In this document: piece after piece, positions 36,306-51,627 of the stretch
Layout: each line of letters opens with the position of its first letter
Position numbering within the stretch: the stretch's first letter is position 1
Source of the DNA: Tubiluchus corallicola
Lineage: Eukaryota; Animalia; Priapulida
Direction: 5' to 3'
DNA: 64,000 bases
Assembly: GCA_030141605.1 (NCBI GenBank)
Contig: JAQGDQ010000142.1
Location: 62,001-126,000 of the forward strand
Position numbers and translations under genes: made by a program
Notes under the pieces: model-generated
What the model was told of the DNA's origin: nothing
The model's input: the letters and a program-made list of their open reading frames with translations, nothing else
Databases searched by the model: none

Positions 36306-39300
36306 CTATAATGAAAAGCATTAATTGTAATATATCTATAAGTCAGTGATAATTAGTTAAATGCACTAATTAAATGCCCAGGGTAAACCCAATAAAGTAA
36401 CTCCAATGTCAAGTAGGACAAAACTGACAGAATTCTGATAATAGGCCACATGTAAAATCTGAAAGAATCATTGAGAATTTCTTATTATTTAGTTAACACA
36501 ATACAGATCTTACCTAAATTTCTGCAAACATGTAAAATCACTGGGTTGAGAGAAATTTGGGTTTATTAAGTCATAAAATTATCACTGTCAGCCCTCAAGT
36601 TGAGGTGAGCTTTGATAGGTAATTTGAAAAATACCACCTCCCTTTAAAAAAGCTTTTAAAACAGAATAAGGAACCCAATAGGCCTATGCAGAATGTGCTT
36701 ACTTGCAGCAAAATTGTGTTGTTGTTAAAAGGCAGATGCAGCTTGGAAATGACTGAAAAGTCTACTTAATATTAAAAAAATGTCATCGTATATATTAATT
36801 TCGGTGGTATGGGCTTAATATATATATATATATATATGCATAATTCATTTCGGTGGTATGCTATATATATATAAGATTCGAGGTTACAGTTCCGATGACG
36901 GCACTGTAATAGACATTTTCCTGGACCCAACTTTCGATTTTTTTGAAATTTTGGCCAAACAGCTTGTAGAAAAAACGTTCTAGCGGCGCCTGGTGGGACT
37001 CTCGGAAGGAGGTATTAGCTCTTTAGAAAGAAGAGGAACAGTGCTACACGATGGTATGGGCTATGTTTTAGGACACCTCAACCAAAAGGAGTGGTGACTA
37101 GTTAATTAGAGGTTCTATTTTCGGCAATTCTCACTTGGAAAACTGCTGACGCAAAACCTTTGTTCTGATGTCATCCATTATACTCTGCCTGTAACTTTAG
37201 TTCAGTAAAAGCTGCTGCTGGCCTTGCTTTAGGTAAATAAACAAACACTAGGTAGTATGTTCACGCACTCTTGATTATAAGTCTATTTATACGCAAAATT
37301 TTTTGCGGGTTCTTTGCTAGTTGAAATACTAATACTTTTATGTTTTTAAATGCTTACATGATAAACCACACAAATAAATTTCATAATCACAATTTAAATC
37401 ACTGACAACTGTGGTTCACTGCTCAGACAGGTCATCTGTAATATTTTTTTTTGTACAAATCACTGCTGCCAAATATCAATGCACGCCACAATTTGATTAG
37501 AAATTACGCAAATTCTAATAAATCCAGTTTAAAAATAGCTAAAAAACCAAGATTAACATTTGATTCTGTTTCAAAAATTAGTGCACTTGAACAAAGGACA
37601 AAGTACTTTTCATTACGACTCACTCCAACTTTTTTGCCAAAGAAATCTCCGGGGATAATATGCCAGAGAATATGTGGTAAGAAGTAGATGCATTTCATCT
37701 TTTTTTACATTGAACAATATCATTTTTAACAGTATATGTTTTATATATGGTAAGTTGCAGAGCACTACAACCTAGGGAGGACAGATTAGATTTACTACAG
37801 TAACCTTATTAAACTACAGTTCAAATAAGTTTCAAATTAAATTTAAAACAAAAGAAAATTCAATTCACTTTGAATCAATGGGCACAACTTAATTGTAAAA
37901 TAAGTTTTTTCACAGTTTCGTTGTATGCATGCGCAGTTGCTTGGGTCAAAGGTTAGGTGTACCACAGCAACGCATCTTAACTACAACCATTACGTGACAA
38001 GTGGGTAAAGCAAAGCCGTCTGCCGCAGTTCAGTAACTTTTACGTGGACTTTACTTAACTATGTATTAGTCTGTGTGTAGAGTGATTTACTAGCAGGATC
38101 TTGCTTGGGAACAAGAAAAAATGAACTAGGAAAGGTTCTGGCTAGCTGTTAAAACTGTTATATTTGCAACAGCATGGGCTGCGAGGCATTGTCAAGTGCA
38201 CACAAACGCATAGTCTGGTAAACTTAATCTTTGAGCTTTTCACGATCATCATCAATCGCTGATACTGTGAAAAGGTCTATCAGTATTACATTTAAAAATC
38301 CAAAAACAACCTGGATTTCAAGAATTAATAAAGATTCGCAACAGCTGGAACCAAACCTAAGAATAGCATCACATGAATTGAAAATTTTGCTGGAGACAGG
38401 TAACAATAGAGTGCTCTAATAAAGGGAAGCGGCTCTATGTCTGCAATAGATGTGTAGACCAACAGAAGACATTAAAAAAGATAACGCCTACTTACAGGCA
38501 TAGCGAATTCGTGTTTTGCAGATGAGAAAAGCATCCGTGAGCACGTAAAATTGGTCTGATGTTTGCTACATTTTTAATACAGGTGAAAAATAGATGATCA
38601 AACAACTTTTTGCGAAACATTCCAATATTTTTTCAATAATTTTTACTCAATGATGGTTTTGTGAAACCTTTGCTGCATAAAATGTACACTATAAAAATTT
38701 AATTTTGGCGTCACCTAGGGTTGGACATTACATTATCTTGGAGGTAGTGCTCAAAGTCACTGGCAACATTTGTCTAGTTTTTTTGCTGGATTACTACTGT
38801 GTTTACGTGCCTTAATTTTTGGGGCCGATTTTTTATTTTAGAATTCTGCTTGCCAAATGTCTACAATAGACGTAATGGGCGTATGATGATGATTATACTT
38901 ACCTTATTAAAATTTTTATCATTTCTAAATGTAGTGTCCTGTTTATAAAGAAATTAGATATATTGACTAAAGATACCTCACGTACTACACTTTCTCACCT
39001 ATTAAATAAACTAAATGAAATACTATAGTTATATGACTTAATTTACATTATAATGGTAATTATTACGAATTTTAATTATGTTTACGACAAAATCAGTCAC
39101 TTATCTGATTTTAGTAGGTCTACTTGCTCACAGAATAAAAGTAAAGAACAATATTTAGGGGCCAGCTTAGTATAGTATACATGCATTGTTTGTCTATGGC
39201 TTTCCTGGTTAAGTATTCTGAGTGGGTAACTATAAAACTAATTACAGTTGAATTTTCATACACTTGACTCATTTGAGTAAAAGTTATTACGATGCTTTCG

Positions 39301-42300
39301 CTTTTAACTGAATGACTGATATTACTTATTGTTTGCACAATATATGCTTCCTATTATATAATGATGCTGATCATCCAATTTTCAATATTTGTGCGATTGG
39401 CTCTTAGTATTATTAATAAGCTGCATATAGCTATATCTGTAACAATCGCACTCAGTACATTCACTTGCAGTGCCAGTTCAATAAGCAGGATCTAAATGCT
39501 GAGATAAAAAGAATGCAAGCAATGAAGCAGGTAATTATAGTCTCTTTGTATCAAGTGCACTTACTTATTAAGTTTAATAACGACTGATTATCACGGCAAA
39601 ACCCTGTGTGAGATTCATCGAGTTTAATTTTAAACAAGGAATGACACTAGCAAACTCACTCTATGTCTGTAGTTACATTCAACCGACACCGCATGGCTAT
39701 GAGGAAACTCATGTTATTATTGGCCTTGTATGGTGGGCAAAATGTTAGCGTTGTTATCATCATCTGTACTTTGCTGGTCTTGACTGTTACTTCACGCTGC
39801 TTTGATAAAAACCATCCAGTTCATAATTTTTGTATTGCCACAAGCACTTTATTTCATTTTTTTTCATTACAAACTCAAACTTAACCAAAAATGTAGTTAA
39901 TGTTAGATTTTAACTTATTTGCTACTGCACAAAAACAATGACGTGCCATTGACTAGCAGACTGAAGCAGGAACTGAAAATACAATAGATGTCGAGTGGAT
40001 GTAACTATTAATTCTGTTTATACAATTTCGGTCAAAATTGTGATGCAGTCAGCCACAGCTCACAGTTCGCGAGTAGATAATCAATAAACGAAACTTAAAT
40101 TGTCTGAGTTCACAATTGGGTGCGGTGGAGGTCCAGACTTTTGTTCTTTGCTCACTCCTTACACTTCCAACAATTAGAATAAAGTGAACATAAAAATGTA
40201 CCAAGTATACGTACTAGATTGATAATTTATTACTTTCAATAACAAACATCTTGCAAGTCACAGTATATTAAAAATTTTATTCACAATTTGCAATCTGATC
40301 ATCTAACACATTATTGAATCACAAGCATTGATTAATAGGAAATGAAGACTGAATTATCTGTTTATCGTACACCAAGTGATTGTCTGACAACTTTATCCAC
40401 AAAAACATGAGATTACCACAATGCTAAGGTCGCCAGGCTTTATAGTTTATTTTAACTGCTGCTAGAAGTTGAATTCTCATGTTCCAGTAAAAACATGGTA
40501 AAGTGCAGCAGGCCCAGCCAGCTTTGAAGACAGTCTCCTGGTGCTTTCGCTAATGTAGGCTATTCTAAACATTATCTATGTTCCCATTATTTCATTCACT
40601 AATTGTCTCTGTATCAGTTTTGATCTGAAAATAAGAATAAAACATATACCTTAGCTAAAAATGTGCCATGGACCTTAAAAAGCTAAAACATTGGTTGTAC
40701 CAACAGTAATAAATGTTATTCATTACAAATAGACAGAGAAGCTTAAAAACCGTATCAACAGCATTTTCTTTAATAAAGCTGTGTATCAGGTGCCATAAAT
40801 ACAGTAAACAAAAACCAATGGCTACTAATGCATGAGTGGGTGGCAATTTTTTACTCTTCCCTAGTAAATCAAGTCATGCAATAATAATAAATATCATGTT
40901 GGCAATATCTTTAGAAATAAACTCATCAATATCTAATTATGATCCGCATTAAGCCCTTTTTACAAAAACTAGGAGTTTGCACACTAGAATAGAACTATAT
41001 GGTACAAAATGTAGCTTGCATGATCAAGGGATGCCACGAATCTGCAAATTACCGAATCCGAATCTACACCGAATCTCAGTTTAAAATAATTTTCGAAACC
41101 GGGTCGAATTACTAGTCTTTGTGCAAGAAAATGATGACTAATTCACAGATAAGTCCTTTTTTTTCAAACACTAGATTTTATAAAAAATAAATAGAAATGT
41201 CTACTTACTTTTATCCTATGTCCATGTTGTAAATATGGTGAATTAAAATCATGCTGGCAGTTGGAGTAACCCATACCTAGGCCAGTGCCTATTCCAAATG
41301 CTATCGGCCAAGGTCGTCCTAGAAAAAATGGTAGTAATTAATATACACGTATAAGTGGCTTAGAAGAAAAAGGCCTGCAGGGCCTACACACAATAAATTA
41401 TTAATTAATAAAAGGAAAATTCTAAATGACACCTAAGACAGCACCAATTTTTTTAATGACATTCGAATAAATTTCAAATCACAAATAAAAATAATAATGA
41501 TGCAAAAAAGCGAAAAAACTCAGTGTACTTGTGAGATGACAAAGACCATGCATGTAGCATGTATATTTATTTTAGATACTTAGAAGATTTTCCATCTTAT
41601 GCTTCACTAATTTACCACTAAGACTCCAATGATTGATCTGCGTACGTAAATTAAAAATCACAGTAAAAGCAGTTTGGGACACATAACAATCCAGTGAATT
41701 TAATACTTATTGTTTTTAAGTGATACGCTTGAGATTAGTTTTATATGTTTTAAATTGCATATTTTATTGCATGTTTTGCAAGTTGCCCGTGATGATTCAT
41801 TAAACTTGAAGGATAACAAAATAAACACTTGCTTCTATAAACCATTAAACAAGACAAATATTTTCTATAATATGATGCACACTGCAGACTGCTGTGTGAA
41901 AACGATTGCCAACACTAACCAAATTGCCATTTTCGCTACTTATTTTCGTTTTAGAGCAGCTTACGATGATTGTGCATATTGCTTTTGTTCTATGGTAATG
42001 TACTACTAATAAATTGTTAAAAAATAGTACAGAAAAATTGCAGCTAAATAGTTCTGACTAAGAACGAAAGTAATTGGGGCACTGAATTATTCTAATTCAT
42101 AATTTGAAATGCAAAACAAATATAAATAAAAAAACTCGTTCAAATTTAATTTTATATTGAACGTTTGACTTGGATGTCAAATTCAAGTCACGTCCCAAGT
42201 GCTACAAGCCCTAGGTATTCCACTGACATTACCGAACTGCAATTTGTATGATCGAAATAAATAAAAGTAATTTAGGACATAATAATCAGTGACCGTACTG

Positions 42301-43257
42301 TCCACTTATTCAAGTTAGAACAGGCTTATATAGAGATCAGAAAGAAAACTATTTACAAGCAATTGAAATGTGATTAGAAGTCACTGCAATGAAATCACTG
42401 CATAGCATGATGTTACCAACAGCACTATTACACACAGTTGAACTAAAAAGATTAAATTGACTTACTTTTAAAAATAAATACAGAAAATATTATTCCTAAG
42501 CCAAGGCCACCAACTGAAAAACAAAAACATCTATTAACAAAAATCATGAAGTGCATTAATGACAATCTCATTTGCATATAAAATCATTATTTGATCAAAT
42601 TATCAGCATTCATTGCACTCTGGCTAAGCGACCTTGTAATTGCTTCTCTTCACTTCCTCAGATTCTGTTCAGCCCATAGGCAAACATCTGATAACCCTAC
42701 TCCTCACAATTGGCTATTCAGAGGATGCTAATTTCACAAAGCAGTCACGCCAAGGTACTTATAGGCAAGAAAATGCATAAATACAGACATCAAATAATAC
42801 TTCTGACGAGCGGTTATAATCAGGAAAAATTTGATAATTCTGTAGGGTATATTTTAAAGCAAGAACTGAAGACGGGCATAGCAACGTTACTCTTTTTAGT
42901 ATTAACAGTAACACCCTCAACAGGCAAGACAAGGTTATGGAAAGAGAGATAACAGGTATGTAAGGTAGTAGCAATTGCTAATCAAGCGTAATATATACCT
43001 GAACGTAAACATTAATTTTAATGTTATTTACCCATTTTTAAAGCTGTGTCCGAAAGGCACCGGTCCCACTTTTGACCCAACTCATCTTCTGACCTCGTTT
43101 TGTCAGCCATAACCAAAAACGTAACCTATTACCGCGCCACCGTGTATCAGAAAATGTAAACCAACAAAGTGTGAGTATTTGCAGGGACGTAACATTTATT
43201 ACGAAGAGAGCTTTTCAACTAAATCTGCATAAACATACTTTTATTCTCGTTTATAAG

Positions 43258-43660
43258 TAGGGGTGAGCATTCTCTACCAGAAAGCGAATTCGTATAGAAT
43301 CGAACTTGTGACTTTCGAATTCGAACCGAACTTCAGTATTTCGAATTCGAATTGAGACTGAAAGATTTTTGAACAAGTTTTCGAACCACCAGTATAAATA
43401 GTCTTACAAAGATCATGCATATTACTTGATTTTGTTTTGCAGTAAAACCACTGATAATTTGTTTAAAATTGTGCATACGAATCACTGCTAAATTGTGCTA
43501 ATTGCATGATGTTTCAATCGTTTTAACGATAAAGAACGTATGCGATTGCAGTGCTGAATTACTCGAATCTATAGTTTTAAGTTCGAATCCAATTCGAACT
43601 GAAAAAACTCGTTCGAATCAAATTCGAACGTTCGAATCGAACTTTCGATGCTCACCCCTA
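43258..43660. mobile_element. hAT-like MITE (403 bp)
   Basis: Perfect 13-bp TIR TAGGGGTGAGCAT / ATGCTCACCCCTA. The 8-bp flanks tttataag / tttatgcg match 6 of 8. Dense subterminal TTCGAA/TCGAA motifs at both ends. Confidence 0.8.
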
Positions 43661-46600
43661 TTTATGCGTACAAAGAATTCTTTGATTAAGTCCAAAATAG
43701 GCAAAATTAAACTGCATAAAAGAAAAGGTAGAGGTTGAACAACTTTTAATGCATTTTGTCTGAAACTTATGATGAAAGCTCAGGTCATCAAAGCTATCTT
43801 ACAAATATATGAGAAATATATAGCTGTTCAAATTTTGGTATACAATGATTTGCACACCTTTTCTCCACATCAAAATGCATGAAATATTGTAAGTATACTG
43901 TTCTTGCCAGATACTTAAATTCATTACACATTTTCATTATGTACTCAAATTTCACAAAAAAACAATTTAGTAGACAAACAAGCAAATTAAAAAAGGAAGC
44001 ATTTGTTTTTAATTAAGCTAAAATATATTTAAATTACCACCTGCCAGCTAGAAGAGGTATATGTGGAAACAATCTCATGAATGGAGTGTAAAATTTAAGA
44101 ATTCTACGCAGTTTTATTAATATTTTCCAGGCTTTTAGGTATGAAGGAGTCAGTTGATCAGTAGCGTGTATTTGATGAAACTGTCAACTTCTACTGTGAG
44201 TCTTTGATGTATTTTACATGTAGTAATTTCCAGTTCAATCCTGATGAGAAATAACTTGGTAAGTAATTACCTATTTTTAGTGATTCTTCCTGTTGTCTTG
44301 TTAAAAAAAACCAGCCTAATGGCCATTCTCTCTTATGTGGCAAGTGTATTGTACTTACTGTATTGCATGAAATTGACGCGCTGAACATAAATGTACTTAT
44401 TGTGCAATAATTATTGTGACGTACAGTGCATTAAAGGGTCGAATAAAAAATAAAATTTAAATGGGCATTAAAATAATTACCAAAGAAAAATGTTTTGCGT
44501 TATATTGAAATGTTTTTCTGTTTTTTAATAATTAAATGTGCGAGATAGACATCACAACTTGCTGAGCCAGAAATTAATGCTTTTTTACACACGAAAACGG
44601 CGCTGTGTATTAGAGGGTTGTCTGGTTGCTCTTGCAGCAAGATAAAGAAAGCAAACATAGGCCTACTTTGTAAATTTATTCGTCATTGCAATATTTGAAA
44701 GAGTTATACCGACATATAGATAAGAAAGTGCTGTGCAGAACTGTCACGTGCTTTCCTACAATAAGTCAAACATAGTTTTAATATTTCTCATATTATGATT
44801 GAGAGCGTAGTTACAATGTTTGGTGGCAAAGTGTAATCGATGATTCTGCAATAAACTATCTGACGATGATGAATGTGTATGTTTACCTAGATTCCATTTA
44901 TTTGTAAGGAACAAGAAATTAAAACAGGTAGGTAATAACAGACTTAATTATGTGTTTTTTGCCTAGCTTATTAGTACTTGAAGATTGTGACGACTGGAGG
45001 TTACCTCATTTTTCTTGTAAGCTGAGAGAGCATATAAGTAAAAAAGGTAGAGCAATACAAGCATTCAAGCATTATCACAAAAACAGTAGGACTGTGTTGA
45101 GGCACGTTATTTTCGTACATTCCAATTACTAGAATAGGAACTTTTGAGTTGACAGGGTCCCGTAATTTGTCATCAGTGCATTATGACTATAGTACTACAT
45201 GTAATTTATAGTCACGAGTTTAAATATATCAAAAATCAAAGAAACTTAAATGAGGGTTACACGTATTAAAATTTCAACTGGATTGACAAAAAAGTCAAAG
45301 TCGACGTTTAACAACTTACACTAATCAAATATACGAATGACATGCTCTGCTGTGCCGAAATGCCTCACTTCGTCAAGCAGCAACGGTTCTTAGCTTGCAA
45401 ATTACGACTCTTTTAGAAGTGGGTTTAACTTCTAAAATCACCAACGTAAATCACGACCTTTTTAGAATTAGGTTTAATTTTCCGAACTTTGATTTGTTTG
45501 GAGTCCTATACAGATACTCGATAGTTTTATTTCACGTTGTAGGAGGAATTCAAGAATTTCAAACTAGCTATGTTTGAATTATATTGACAGCAGCAAGGGA
45601 TGAAAGGGTGGCCATTTTTGGAAACGGTTGAAACATTAATAAGTGGTGCCATTTCGAAAGAGTGCCTATATAATGTGCATGTTGCTGAGTGCCATCCCTT
45701 TTGCTGCCATAATTATATATATAATGCCGATACTGAGCGCACGACTGCTGTCGCTAAGGCTATTGTCATTTTGTTATAACTGACGTGGCTGCGGTTATTG
45801 TTGTTGCTGCTGTAGATTCATATTAGCCAAGATTAGAAAAATGCAAGAACATCTCTTGTTCGAGGGATGTGATTCAAATGCACGAAATTATCATTAGGAC
45901 AATAAGTTCACAATTCATGCTGGAGGTCAGAAATGGAAGGCCGCGATAATGTAAAACAAGGTAACAATAACTGTCACAGTTTTTTTCAATTATGCCAAAT
46001 AAGTTCCGGGAGAATGCAGAGGATCCTAAATATATAGGAGCTCTTCTCTTCTTCTGCGGTAATTTGGAGTTTTCACGTGATAACCGAGAACGGACACCTT
46101 GTATAACAAAGCAACTGCGTATTCGGCGACTTTCCTTTTCCATTGGCTTGGCAATAATTTATCTTGAAAAAGCTGTCAGTAAGTTTGCTGCAGAGTAAAA
46201 TCTCTGAACTTGCATTCCTTGGTAGGTAAACGTCGGTCTTTAATGTACTTTGACCCCCCCTCCGAGAAAACTGCAACGACAATAAATGTTCAGCTGGCAC
46301 TGCGACAAGATTGACATTAATTATTCACATAGTAAGATTAAGGCTATTGGCAGATTCACCAGAAAAGATGGACGATCATCAACACACTTCTAACTTGCCT
46401 ATAACTAAACGTCCTTTACTAGAATTTTCTCTATGAACTTATGTATGCATTTAAAAAATAGCGTCAAAGACAAAAACAGAACTTACATGCTAGCGAAAAT
46501 ATTTTAGGTCAGTTGCGTGCATATGTTAACATAGTTTTCTAGACTCTCAGTATAGGATAATTGTAAGCTAAGGCTGCTAAGCTAATTTAAAAGTGAAAAG

Positions 46601-47090
46601 AAACGTAATTCGCTTGACACAGATTCTCATAATTGCTCAAAGGATTACTTAAACTTCTACAGGCCTTCAGTAGCAGTAGTGTGAATATATGATTGCTCTG
46701 TTATATTTCTTGCTGGCCAGGTTAGCGTTATCGCTCTGAGAACGTTTAGAGTTCTGAGAACGACGAAAATGTATCTAAAACTGCTACGGCACACAAATTT
46801 ATTACAAAAGAGCCAAAAGGAAGAGAAAAAGTTAACTACATAACGTGGACTCCCGATATTAGGCGACCTGTAATTCCCATAAATGGCAATTCTTACTGCC
46901 CCGATTTATTGATAATTGGTGTGAACAGTTTTTATCTGTATTCTTTGCAGGCCTAAAGTTGTAAATGCAGTGCAGAATTCCCGACAAATAATCTTCAAAA
47001 ACAATGTCAAAGGATTATAAACCATATGTTCGGGGTTTTTACATGTTTTCACTTTCTTTCTGCTTTCGCATGTTCACAGACAAGGAAACA

Positions 47091-47365
<275 letters not shown>

Positions 47366-50300
47366 GTGCAGTCAACAACTAACAGCAATACAATTAGTTT
47401 GTAGGCATTAAACTCATTGAAAGCAACCGTACTTCAGCAAAATTGTTCGTCGTATTAAGCGTGCTTGATTGTTTTTTAACAAAAATGCATAAACATTCAT
47501 TTTGTTGCAAGAATAAGATAGCAAAAACGCACAGCTACAGTGATGGGGTGAAGTAATTTATTTTACGTTGTCCAATGAGCTTTTAAAGAGCTGGGTTTAA
47601 TTGTTTACTGAAAATAGTTGTTGAAAAATTACTTCTTAATTAAGCTGCAGATTTTGGAACAGACTGACACATTGAAGTACGAGTTCACGTTTTTCTAATT
47701 ATAATACCAATAAGCAACAGGTTAAAGCAAAAACAATTTAGTTATTATAAAAGAGTCTACATTCTGAGGGTAATTTAGGCTCCAAGCAGTACCGAAAAGA
47801 AATTTGTATACATAAGTTGCTGAGGAAAATTGGTGATTTTTTACCATCAAAAGATCATCCATCGCATGTTTCACGATATAAAAGCATCAAAATACTAAAT
47901 CAGAATGTAATCTGTATTTCAACGTAAGTGTATATTACACCAATTTTCTGTAATTATGGAATTATATATACAGATATTGTGAAGTGTTTTGTGCTACATT
48001 TTCCTGAACTGATATGAAAATTTTGATTACCCTGACACTATTGCAAAAGCTCTGCAAATCAAAGGCATTTGTGTTTATTTTCAAAGTGAAAGTTTGCACC
48101 ATTTAGCAAAGAATTTTTCAGAAAGAAAGGTGCATTGTTTACAGGTGTGCTATCTAAAAGTAGATCAGCACGACTAACATTGATCGTGACCTAGGAGAAT
48201 CAAACCATTTTCGGATTTTCTTATAGCTACAATTCTTGTTGTGATACTGAAGGACTTTTTTGAGCCTGTAATATCATTCATGGTCTAACAGGTGAATATT
48301 TGCTGTCAGTTCTAGCAGTTGCTATAGTGGTCAGCATAGTAAGCATACTAGGGCAAATAGTTTTCAGAAATTTAATGACTCTGTTTTTTCATTGTTGGGT
48401 GGAGTCAAAACAAAGTGATTTTGACAATTTAATAGTTTTCTAATTACTTTCAGCTATTTGCTTTCATCGTGTGCCGTTTAGGCTAATGCTGAATGTCCTT
48501 ATTCAGATCAAACTGACAGTATTGTTAGTGAGTTAGTAGGTAGTGAATTAATAGGGATGGACTTTAAATAAGAGTTTGTGGGGAAAGGTATTGATAGCGG
48601 CACATCAAAGGCATTGATAGATTCATGTACCAAATGTACCAATCACATTTTTTTCTCGCAAATTAATTATATGATTGCTATTTTTGTACCTTCCACAATT
48701 ATATATTTGTAGACTTTCGTACAGTCTTGCGATAATTCATTACAGTACAGTGATTAGTATCAGTGTCTAGCAAGAATCATTCTGCTATATTGATACATTT
48801 TCTTTAGTAGTAGTTAATTTGCAAAAAATGAAAAATGTTTTTATCTCTTTCGCTGCACCTATGTAACCATGCTAAATGTTTTACGCATTCGAAATGAGTA
48901 GACTCAATCTCCCTCCATATCACATGGAGGCTTACGTAAGTCTATTTATTCTGTGGTCTCCTGCGAACTCTGTCTGGGGAGTCCCTCTTCTCAACGTTGA
49001 AACGTTCACTTCAATGTTTTGCATGACTTGCCTCGTCTGATTACGGTTGGTGCTTTTCTTTATTCACTTTCTCTAATTTGTGCTCCACGCAACTAAGTTT
49101 TAGCTAAAGGCAGTGGGTCATTAAGACTATAATGTATTGTAGTTCGCACTGGCAGCTCTGCATTCATTTTACCATGTGCATTGTAACTAATAGGTGGACT
49201 ATTGCGAATATCTCAATCTTAAACGTGTCACAGTAATAAAGCTGGTGTCAAAGAGCTCTTTTTATTGTTTCGTGTGACTCGTGAATTTTATTACCTATTT
49301 TTATAAATTACATCATTTGATCAGCGCTTCTGAGATCTGTAAAGCGTGTAAAAATTGTTTTAAAGTGATTTTATGCGAAAAATGTCTTTGGGGAAATTAT
49401 GAGATCTAATGTTACCTAAGATATTGTTAGCCGCGTAATATTTTAGTTAATTTAGTATTCGTTGGAGTGATTGTTATTACTTAATAATGTGCATTGTTTC
49501 AGTTTTGTGTTATAAATATTAGTACCCAGTGTTAAGGTTTCCTAATGACGATTTGTTTCGTTATACTAAAGAAAATGTGCAACGGATAACACTAGATGAA
49601 GACCATCATGAGTCTCGAAAGAACTCAAATTTTTTTCAATGCTATGCGAGCAGTTCTGTGTACCTATAAGACTAAATTAATGGTAATTTAGCTCTGTCTA
49701 CGTAAGCAATGTATGCTTGTGTATTGGGATACAAAGACAAGGTGGGAAGCACCCTGTCTGTTTCTGTTGAGCTTCCTCCGCATAGAAGAAAGAGGAGTTT
49801 TATATCAAGAATAAAGCGATCAAAATCAGAGAATCTTCTTTGGAGAGTTCGAGGACTTCAACGAACTAGTAAGTTGATTTTCAATTTTTTCCTCGATTCC
49901 AGGCCGAACTATTTAATCTGAGTTAATTCTTGATTTCCATCCTCATTCACAGTCATCATCGCTGCAACTGCTGAATCTTCATAAATTTAGCTATTTCGTA
50001 TTGCAATTACAGCCTTATTAATAAGTGCCGCAGTTGTTAATTAATTAAGCGTTTTTATGGCATGATGACCAGAAAATTTAAGGCAGTAACAACACTAGCG
50101 GCATCAGCAGCAATAGCAACAACAGCAGTAGCAGTAGCAGTAGCGGCAGGGGCGGAAGCACTCGCATCTAAACTAAAATTTATCAAAGACAAAACAATAA
50201 GCTTTTATTTTACGAAAGCAAGATTGTATCTCAGCACTTTGATAATATGAATTTGGCAATAAACCCTAAAAGTTTATTGCTTCAGTAACTTCGATACTAG

Positions 50301-51568
50301 TTTTTTACGGCTCATTAGATATAATGTGACCCAGTTACTATATGACCGTCAATAGTTTTATGTTGGTTACTATGTGGACCGTTGTCACCACAGGATTCTA
50401 GTACGTGATTCACATAAGCAAGTGTTGATTAACTGTAATCATGAAAAGTTCGGTGTCAAGGATGAGCTCGGCCCTTTTTCTCGATCTGTTTAATAACATT
50501 TTCAGAACCAATGGCAATGGAGAGAAATCACATAACAATGAGACTTGACCCTTTAGGGTTTCCCTGACAAATGCCTAGGTTTGGACATCTCAGTCTACAA
50601 ATGTTTCGGTACACAAATTGAGAGTAAGACCTCAGCGCATTTTTGATTTTATTAGACTTGAAACAAGTGTATATTTTGTAGCTTGAACTTGAGCGTGAAC
50701 AATCATTTTGAAACTTACGACCGCGAGAATTTAATTTAAGCGATAGAAAGTCTAGGTCAGCTCGTGTTATTTTCAACGTTTTTAATTCTAACATTATATA
50801 ATTTTTCCGGCTCCCGGTCATATAAGCTTGAGGAGACGTCTTTGGTTCTTCTTACTACAAAACAGTCTTGGCCACCTTCGTTAAACAGTTAATTAGATCG
50901 CCCTGAAGAACAGTCTGAATTGAGTGTACTAGTGAAGGTCTTAGGATAATAATTATACGTCGATATGCATTCCTTGGCAAATTTTTATTTGACTGAAATT
51001 ACTTTTAAGTGAGGTACACCGTATACACAGGACCCATAAATGCCAAGCAAAGTCATTTTACTAATCGACTATTTCTGTTTGCTACATTTCTTTAAACCCA
51101 CCACTTTAAAGGACATAACTGCTTACTTTACAAAAGCTACATGCGTAGACAATAAATGAAAGTTTTAACTTCCATCGTTGTTAGCATAACCTAAATAAAA
51201 CACTCGGACGCGCTGACCAAGTTTATTTGGCCAATGCTAAATATCATTGGGACTGAAAAAATTGAGTTCGACTCAATTTGTATTTAGGTTCTTATGAGTG
51301 TTTATCATCTAGAGATAAAATTATTTATTTTAGTCAAATTTTAAAAGCCAAAAAACTTCAGTGACTGACCTCATTGATGATGAAACATAGCTATAGCGTA
51401 GGCCTAAGGCAACTTTCGGAGCTAACCTTGGATTTTATGTAACGGAGTTTTATAAAGTATTTATAACTTTTTTACTTTGGTAATTTTAGTTTTCTGTAAA
51501 CGTTGGAACTAATGAACATTAGGTTTTAGGAAATTGACAGAAAGTCTAGGTTATTATAAAAAAGTCTT

Positions 51569-51588
51569 ACACACACACACACACACAC

Positions 51589-51624
<36 letters not shown>
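51569..51624. repeat. (AC)n-ATAT-(GT)n self-complementary microsatellite
   Basis: A CA run abuts a TG run through CATATG. Confidence 0.9.

Positions 51625-51627
<3 letters not shown>

Noticed and set aside
36797-36872. Direct repeat ATTTCGGTGGTATG x2 with (TA)n spacers, superficially CRISPR-like
   Set aside because: Only two 14-bp units with microsatellite spacers in eukaryotic DNA; a simple local duplication.
41025-41105. caagggatgcc...cgaatc repeats resembling a hAT left end
   Set aside because: No matching right TIR or TSD found.
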